This document shows positions 32,887 through 37,559 of a stretch of DNA of 37,559 nucleotides, piece after piece; position 1 is the stretch's first letter; each line of letters starts with the position of its first letter. Below the pieces are notes generated by a model. It was not told the DNA's origin, did not search any database, and saw only the letters and a program-made list of their open reading frames with translations. The stretch is taken from positions 1-37,559 of IMG/VR virus record IMGVR_UViG_3300029790_000030; one strand, given 5' to 3'. A program made the position numbers and the translations under genes. The DNA is from a virus.

Positions 32887-35712
32887 ATGATTCGATGCGC
32901 TTTCAACGGAGGCGAGCTTTCTCCTACTTCCGCCGTCCGGGCAGACTTGGATAATTTTCACCGCGGGGCTTCCAGGATTGAGAATCTGGACCTGGGCCAG
33001 ATGGGCGGCGTTTCCCGGCGCCGCGGGTTCCGGCGCGTGGCTGCCGCTTTAGAGGGTTCCGTGATTTTGCCTTATGTTTATTCCACCAATGACCGTTTTC
33101 TTGTGGAGGTGTCCCCTTCCCTGCTGCGCGTGTTGTCCGCCGAGGGGGATGTGGTTGCCTCCCTGCCTTCCGTGTGGAGCCAGGACGATGTTTCCGCTTT
33201 GCGCCACAAACAGGTGAACAGCATGTTGTTTCTGGCCTGCCCCACGCATGAGCTGATGGTGCTGAAACGGGATGACGAGGGCATGTTTTCCCTGGCTCCC
33301 TATGAGTTTAAGGCCCGCCCCTGGCGGTATGAGGAGTTCCGGGATTTTCCGGTGCGCCTGACGTTGGATGAGGGGTGTTACAGGGTGTCTTTCGGGGAGC
33401 ATGCGTCCGATGCGGATGCGGCGGTTAACGAGGGGGATGTGATGCGCGTCCAGGTGACGGTGCCCCAGCAGACCGGGTTCAGCACGGGGGCCGTGATTCG
33501 CCAGGGCTGGGTGGTTGCCGGGGCGTTTACGGCGGCTTCCTCCTATGCCGCGGGCAGGAAGTTGTGTATTAATGAGGGGAGCTATTGGTCCTGGTGGACG
33601 TGCGACAGGGATTTTAACGGGGCGGCGGATTTTGTGGACGGCCTGACGTCTCCGGCGGATTATCCGGAGCATTTTCATAAGGGTGTGATTTGCCATTCCA
33701 ATACGATTACCTGCAAGGGGACCTGGACGTTTTATTGTTATAAGGAGTGGTACGGCACGTATGCCGTGGAGCGGCGTTTCCCGAATGAGGATTGGCAGCT
33801 GCTTGGTACGTCCAATTCCCCGGTGGGGGCTGCTTCCAATTTGCAGCTGACCGGGGACGAGGCGGGGGAGGAGTGTTATTTGCGCCTGATGTTATATGAG
33901 TCCCAGCTTTCCAATGGTTCCGATCCCAGCCAGGGGTTTCCGGCTGATTCCTGCGGGAATAAGCTGGTGGTGGATGCTTATAAGAAGGATGTGGTGCTGC
34001 GGCTGCATTCCCTGTCTACCAGCGACGTGCGCAAGTTGACGCTGCCTTTGGGGAGTGATTTTTGCGATTTTTTCGAGAAGAAGGGGCTTCCGGTTTTTTC
34101 CGCATTGTTGGTTGAAGGAGCCAAGGTGGACGGCGGGTTTGAGGTGTCCAGGGAGGGACGGACGCTGACGGTGAAGCCCGATGGGTTGACGACGGATGAT
34201 GTCGGCGCCGGGAGCATGGTGCGCTTGGAATGGGAGCAGGCAGAGGTGAGTTTGGACCGGTTTGCGGAGGGGTCGATTGAGATGTATCGTTTTTTTCTTC
34301 CGGCGGGTACAGTCGTGTCGATGCAGGGGTTTGTCTGCGTTTATGCCGGGCAGACGATTCAGCTGAATTCAACGTTGAATGTGTGTTCTTTTTGCGAGGG
34401 CAACGGTGGTTCTTATTCGTTGATGCCTGTGTTTTCCACGATGGAGAAGGCATCTTTTACAGTGCCGGAGGACGGAGTTTATGTGGTGAGGATGGAGACC
34501 TGGCCCGGAGGGTCCGTCAGCCAACGGGCCAGAGCGCAACTGGAGGCGCCTGCCTGCACGGCGTGGATGGAGGCAGAGGCTGCCGAGGTGACGGCTTCCG
34601 CGGAGTATTCTCTTTGGGATAATATTTCCGCGGTTCCGGAGGGGGTTCCCCCGTCCGGGGAGTCGTTGATGTGGAGTTTCGCGGCGTTCCGGGGGGTGTA
34701 CGGGTTTCCTTCCCTGGTGGATGTGTTTCAGCAGCGCCTGGTGTTGGCCGCTACGCAGGCCCAGCCGCAGACGGTGTGGTTGAGCAAGACGGATGACCTC
34801 AACAGTTTCGAGGTGGGGAAGCAGGATGATTCCGCGCTGGCTTTGACGTTGAGCACCACAACGCAAAACAGGATTTGCTGGCTGATGGCGCAGAGTTCCC
34901 GGCTGCTGCTGGGGACGGCGGACGCGGAGTGGGCGGTGTCCGGCGGCCAGGGGGTGATGACTTACTCCAATGCGCGGGCGGACAGCCACGGGTTTGTGGG
35001 GTCTTCCGATGTACCAGCCCTGATGGCGACCGATAAGGTGCTGTATGTGGAGAGGGGCGGCGGACGGGTGTATCAGTACGGGTATGATTATGAGAGCGAC
35101 GGGTTCGTGTCCCGCGATTTGACGGTGTTTGCCGATCATGTGCTGGCCGACGGCGGCGGGTGCCGGGGTGTTGCTTTTGTGCGCAAGCCGGAGCCGCGGG
35201 CGGTGTTTGTGCGCCGGGACGGGGTGCTGGCGCTGATGACTTATAATAGCATGCACCAGGTGCATGCCTGGCACCGGTACACGACAGATGGGGTGTTCGA
35301 AGGGGTAGCCGTTTTGCCCAATGGGGATCAGGCGGATTTGCTGTTTGCCCTGGTGTCGCGGGAGGATGGACGGTTTATTGAGGTGCTGGCGCCGGGTAAT
35401 GAGTTTCAGGATCCGGGAGGCAGGGATTTTGTGTCTGTGCTGGAGACTAACGCCCTGATTTCTCTTGAAGCTGCTGGACGCCGCCAGCATAGCGGCGGAG
35501 TGATGTTTTTCTTTGGCTCTGATGCACTGGTGGATGGTGTTGAGGTAAGCATTGACGGAACCCGTTGGGATGTACTGGACCGTTCCCCGTCTTCGTTTTT
35601 AACAAGGGGATGGCATTCTCTAGTTGCTGATGGATGCTGGAATTACGATTCCATGGTGGGCATCCGCGTTTCCGGCAACCGCGATTTCAATTTATTAGCT
35701 ATTCAGGCATAA
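32887..35712 (+). CDS. Tail tubular protein B / nozzle, T7 gp12-like (941 aa)
   Basis: N-terminus AFNGGELSPTSAVRADLDNFHRGASRIENLDLGQMGGVSRRRGF parallels T7 gp12 NLKGGISQQPDILRYPDQGSRQVNGWSSETEGLQKRPP. The 941 aa may include an added C-terminal receptor-binding region. Confidence 0.5.
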   Translation: MIRCAFNGGELSPTSAVRADLDNFHRGASRIENLDLGQMGGVSRRRGFRRVAAALEGSVILPYVYSTNDRFLVEVSPSLLRVLSAEGDVVASLPSVWSQDDVSALRHKQVNSMLFLACPTHELMVLKRDDEGMFSLAPYEFKARPWRYEEFRDFPVRLTLDEGCYRVSFGEHASDADAAVNEGDVMRVQVTVPQQTGFSTGAVIRQGWVVAGAFTAASSYAAGRKLCINEGSYWSWWTCDRDFNGAADFVDGLTSPADYPEHFHKGVICHSNTITCKGTWTFYCYKEWYGTYAVERRFPNEDWQLLGTSNSPVGAASNLQLTGDEAGEECYLRLMLYESQLSNGSDPSQGFPADSCGNKLVVDAYKKDVVLRLHSLSTSDVRKLTLPLGSDFCDFFEKKGLPVFSALLVEGAKVDGGFEVSREGRTLTVKPDGLTTDDVGAGSMVRLEWEQAEVSLDRFAEGSIEMYRFFLPAGTVVSMQGFVCVYAGQTIQLNSTLNVCSFCEGNGGSYSLMPVFSTMEKASFTVPEDGVYVVRMETWPGGSVSQRARAQLEAPACTAWMEAEAAEVTASAEYSLWDNISAVPEGVPPSGESLMWSFAAFRGVYGFPSLVDVFQQRLVLAATQAQPQTVWLSKTDDLNSFEVGKQDDSALALTLSTTTQNRICWLMAQSSRLLLGTADAEWAVSGGQGVMTYSNARADSHGFVGSSDVPALMATDKVLYVERGGGRVYQYGYDYESDGFVSRDLTVFADHVLADGGGCRGVAFVRKPEPRAVFVRRDGVLALMTYNSMHQVHAWHRYTTDGVFEGVAVLPNGDQADLLFALVSREDGRFIEVLAPGNEFQDPGGRDFVSVLETNALISLEAAGRRQHSGGVMFFFGSDALVDGVEVSIDGTRWDVLDRSPSSFLTRGWHSLVADGCWNYDSMVGIRVSGNRDFNLLAIQA

Positions 35713-37343
35713 TGGATAATAATATAGAGATTCTGAAAGAACAGCTTTCCGACCGCGTGTGGAGGTTAAATCACTTGTACTGGATTATCAATAAAGAGGG
35801 CAAGATGCAAAGGTTCCAGTTGAATTGGGCCCAGCGGCGGCTTCATGAGCAGTTATGGTACAGGAATGACATTCTGAAAGCGCGCCAGCTGGGCATTTCC
35901 ACGTATGTAGCCATGCTGATGCTGGATATGAGCCTGTTCCGGCCCAATTTCCATTGCGGTATCATTGATAAAACTTTGGTGGATGGAACAGGCAAGATTG
36001 GCAAAATTGAGTTGGCTTACAGGAGTTTGGACTATGTACCGGATGATCCCACGGAAGAAGACCTTGCCCTGGCCGAGTTAGGACGCCTCATCAAAGGGGA
36101 GATTCAAGCCAGGCCTTCCAAAACGACGGTGTCTTTTTCCAATGGGAGTAAAATTACAGCCGGCACATCTCTCCGCGGCGGCACATTTCAGTTTTTGCAT
36201 GTCTCGGAACTTGGATACGTCGCGGCCCATGCCCCTCTGAGGGCCCGCGAGATTGTGACAGGGGCCATGAACGCCGTTTCCAAAGACGGCGTGATTGTCC
36301 GGGAATCCACCCATGAGGGAGGAAAGTTTGGCCTCAATTACGAGATGACCAAGGCGTCCATGGAGATGGTCGGCAAACCTCTTTCTTCCCTGGATTGGAA
36401 GTTTTTTTTCTTTCCCTGGTGGAAGAATCCGGAGTATTTCCTTGAAGCTGATGATGAGCATGGATGCAGTTTCCCGGAGGATTTACAGAAGTATTTCGAG
36501 GATTTGAGGTTAAGGTGCGGCATTTCCCTGAATGATGCCCAGAAGCGTTGGTACGCCTCCCAACACAAGACATTTGGAGGATTGGTCCGTCAGGAATATC
36601 CTTCCACACCGGAAGAGGCGTTTCAGGCATTGGTGGAGGGATCCATTTATGGTTCTTACATGGACGCATTACGTTCCAAGGGCCGACTATGCGCCGAGTT
36701 TGAAAAGGATGATCTGGCTCCCTATTATGTGTCCTGGGATATTGGCATGGCTGATTATATGGTTCTCTGGCTCTGGCAGGTGAGGGGAGACGGCAAGTTT
36801 TACGTGATGGATTGCTTGCAGGCCAATGAAAAGCCCTTGGAGTGGTATATCAATTTCATCCGCACGAAGTGGGAAGTGATGTTTGGCCCCATTTACAAAC
36901 ATCTGGTTCCCCACGACGCAGGGAGGAGAGATCCCCACGGGATTACCTTTGACGTGTATTTGAGGCGAGCAGGGTTCAATGTGTCCGTAGTGCCGCGCAT
37001 TTCCGATGTGTGGAATGGTATTTTTGCGGTACGGCGCCTCCTGAATCATTGCATTTTTCATGAACGATGCTCCCGGCCCCTGAAAATTGACGGAGTGGAA
37101 TATATGTCTGGCGTAAATGCCCTGGAGAATTATCAGAAGGCCCCGGCAGGAGCACATGGTGTTGAACGGGATACCCCCCTGCATAATAGGTGTTCTCACG
37201 CCGCGGACGCATTCAGGACATTTGCGGAAGCTTATGAAAATGGCCTTGTTGGAGCAGTTGGAGCTGTTGCCATGCCTGCCCAAGCGGTAGAATCACGCCA
37301 GACACGAGGACTTGCCATAGGCGCGGATGCGCTCTTTTTCTAA
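35712..37343 (+). CDS. Terminase large subunit
   Basis: ATG at 35712 overlaps the upstream stop (TAATG). Walker-A-like ILKARQLGISTY typical of T7-type terminases, and nuclease-domain VSWDIGMADYMVLWLWQ. The ORF-track start at 35634 is probably an over-extension. Confidence 0.65.
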   Translation: MDNNIEILKEQLSDRVWRLNHLYWIINKEGKMQRFQLNWAQRRLHEQLWYRNDILKARQLGISTYVAMLMLDMSLFRPNFHCGIIDKTLVDGTGKIGKIELAYRSLDYVPDDPTEEDLALAELGRLIKGEIQARPSKTTVSFSNGSKITAGTSLRGGTFQFLHVSELGYVAAHAPLRAREIVTGAMNAVSKDGVIVRESTHEGGKFGLNYEMTKASMEMVGKPLSSLDWKFFFFPWWKNPEYFLEADDEHGCSFPEDLQKYFEDLRLRCGISLNDAQKRWYASQHKTFGGLVRQEYPSTPEEAFQALVEGSIYGSYMDALRSKGRLCAEFEKDDLAPYYVSWDIGMADYMVLWLWQVRGDGKFYVMDCLQANEKPLEWYINFIRTKWEVMFGPIYKHLVPHDAGRRDPHGITFDVYLRRAGFNVSVVPRISDVWNGIFAVRRLLNHCIFHERCSRPLKIDGVEYMSGVNALENYQKAPAGAHGVERDTPLHNRCSHAADAFRTFAEAYENGLVGAVGAVAMPAQAVESRQTRGLAIGADALFF

Positions 37344-37464
37344 ACTCCACTAAAAAGCCACACGTCAGCCACACGCCACAAGCATTAAATAGATATAATT
37401 TAGATGTACAACCAATTTCAAAAATATTGAAATTACAATGATATGGTAAAATACTTTAGTTTGC

Positions 37465-37527
37465 CTTAATGATAAAATCTGCCTTGTAAGCGGACGGTCG
37501 TCAGTTCAAATCTGACAAGCGGCTCCA
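37465..37527 (+). tRNA. tRNA 3' fragment (duplicate of 1-63)
   Basis: Same fold as the left copy, but no acceptor or D-stem complement upstream. Confidence 0.4.
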
Positions 37528-37559
37528 TCATAACCCGCTCAAGGTCAATCCTTGAGCGG
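37465..37559 (+). repeat. Right copy of direct repeat (putative attR core)
   Basis: Identical to 1-95. Upstream flank aatactttagtttgc does not complete a tRNA, so this copy is probably the displaced 3' fragment. Confidence 0.85.

Larger units (their letters stand above)
1..37559 (+). mobile_element. Integrated prophage-like element bounded by direct repeats (attL/attR) at a tRNA 3' end
   Basis: Identical >=95-bp repeats at both window edges, each holding a tRNA 3' half plus terminator. Interior encodes portal, scaffold, tail-tube, terminase small/large, lysin, CI-like repressor and recombination genes. Composition alternates GC-rich blocks with visibly AT-rich islands (17340-24300, 31800-32870). 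Confidence 0.8.

Noticed and set aside
35634-35711. Upstream extension of the terminase large-subunit ORF
   Set aside because: It overlaps the C-terminus of the 941-aa gene in another frame. The ATG at 35712 gives a TAATG stop-start overlap and a sensible N-terminus.
1-37559. CRISPR arrays, rRNA, and integrase or transposase genes
   Set aside because: No regularly spaced direct repeats, no rRNA-like segments, and no ORF with recombinase or transposase motifs were seen.

Overview
The window runs from one copy of a >=95-bp direct repeat (1-95) to an identical copy (37465-37559). The repeat carries the 3' portion of a tRNA (anticodon TGT, probably Thr) plus its intrinsic terminator, so the whole window looks like one prophage-like element integrated into a tRNA gene, bounded by attL and attR.

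Contents read as a mosaic, with family calls made by eye and not by search:
- Left arm (398-17324, + strand): a translationally coupled late operon with a GH108-like lysin, a T7-gp8-like portal, a gp9-like scaffold, a gp11-like tail tubular protein A, gp14/gp15-like internal virion proteins, and a giant 3220-aa ejection-type protein. The giant protein carries an embedded ParB-like nuclease motif, an HExxH metallopeptidase motif, a possible ART-like YHGS segment, and a hydrophobic C-terminus.
- AT-rich cargo island (about 17340-24300): DUF3800, a membrane/zinc-ribbon protein, a YHYH secreted protein with a 5-TM partner, then a minus-strand cluster of CI/LexA-type repressor, DUF2971-like protein and an orphan HicA toxin sitting in the lambda rexAB-equivalent position. 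A Cro-like gene diverges across an operator-like inverted repeat.
- Lambdoid-style recombination/replication module: RecT-like SSAP, YqaJ/lambda-Exo-like nuclease, RusA, ASCH, a compact C5-cytosine methyltransferase, replication initiator, DnaC-like loader, wHTH regulator, terminase small subunit.
- Right arm: an AT-rich antisense membrane/coiled-coil moron, a gp12-like tail tubular protein B, and the terminase large subunit next to attR.

I could not find an integrase or other recombinase, a major capsid protein, a tail fibre, a phage RNA polymerase or a DNA polymerase. The site where a T7-like capsid gene would sit is occupied by a terminator hairpin plus a 28-bp motif that recurs upstream of the distant gp12-like gene. 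The most interesting candidate is the cI-DUF2971-HicA unit, with the giant polyvalent protein second. Long antisense ORFs inside GC-rich genes are judged artefacts.
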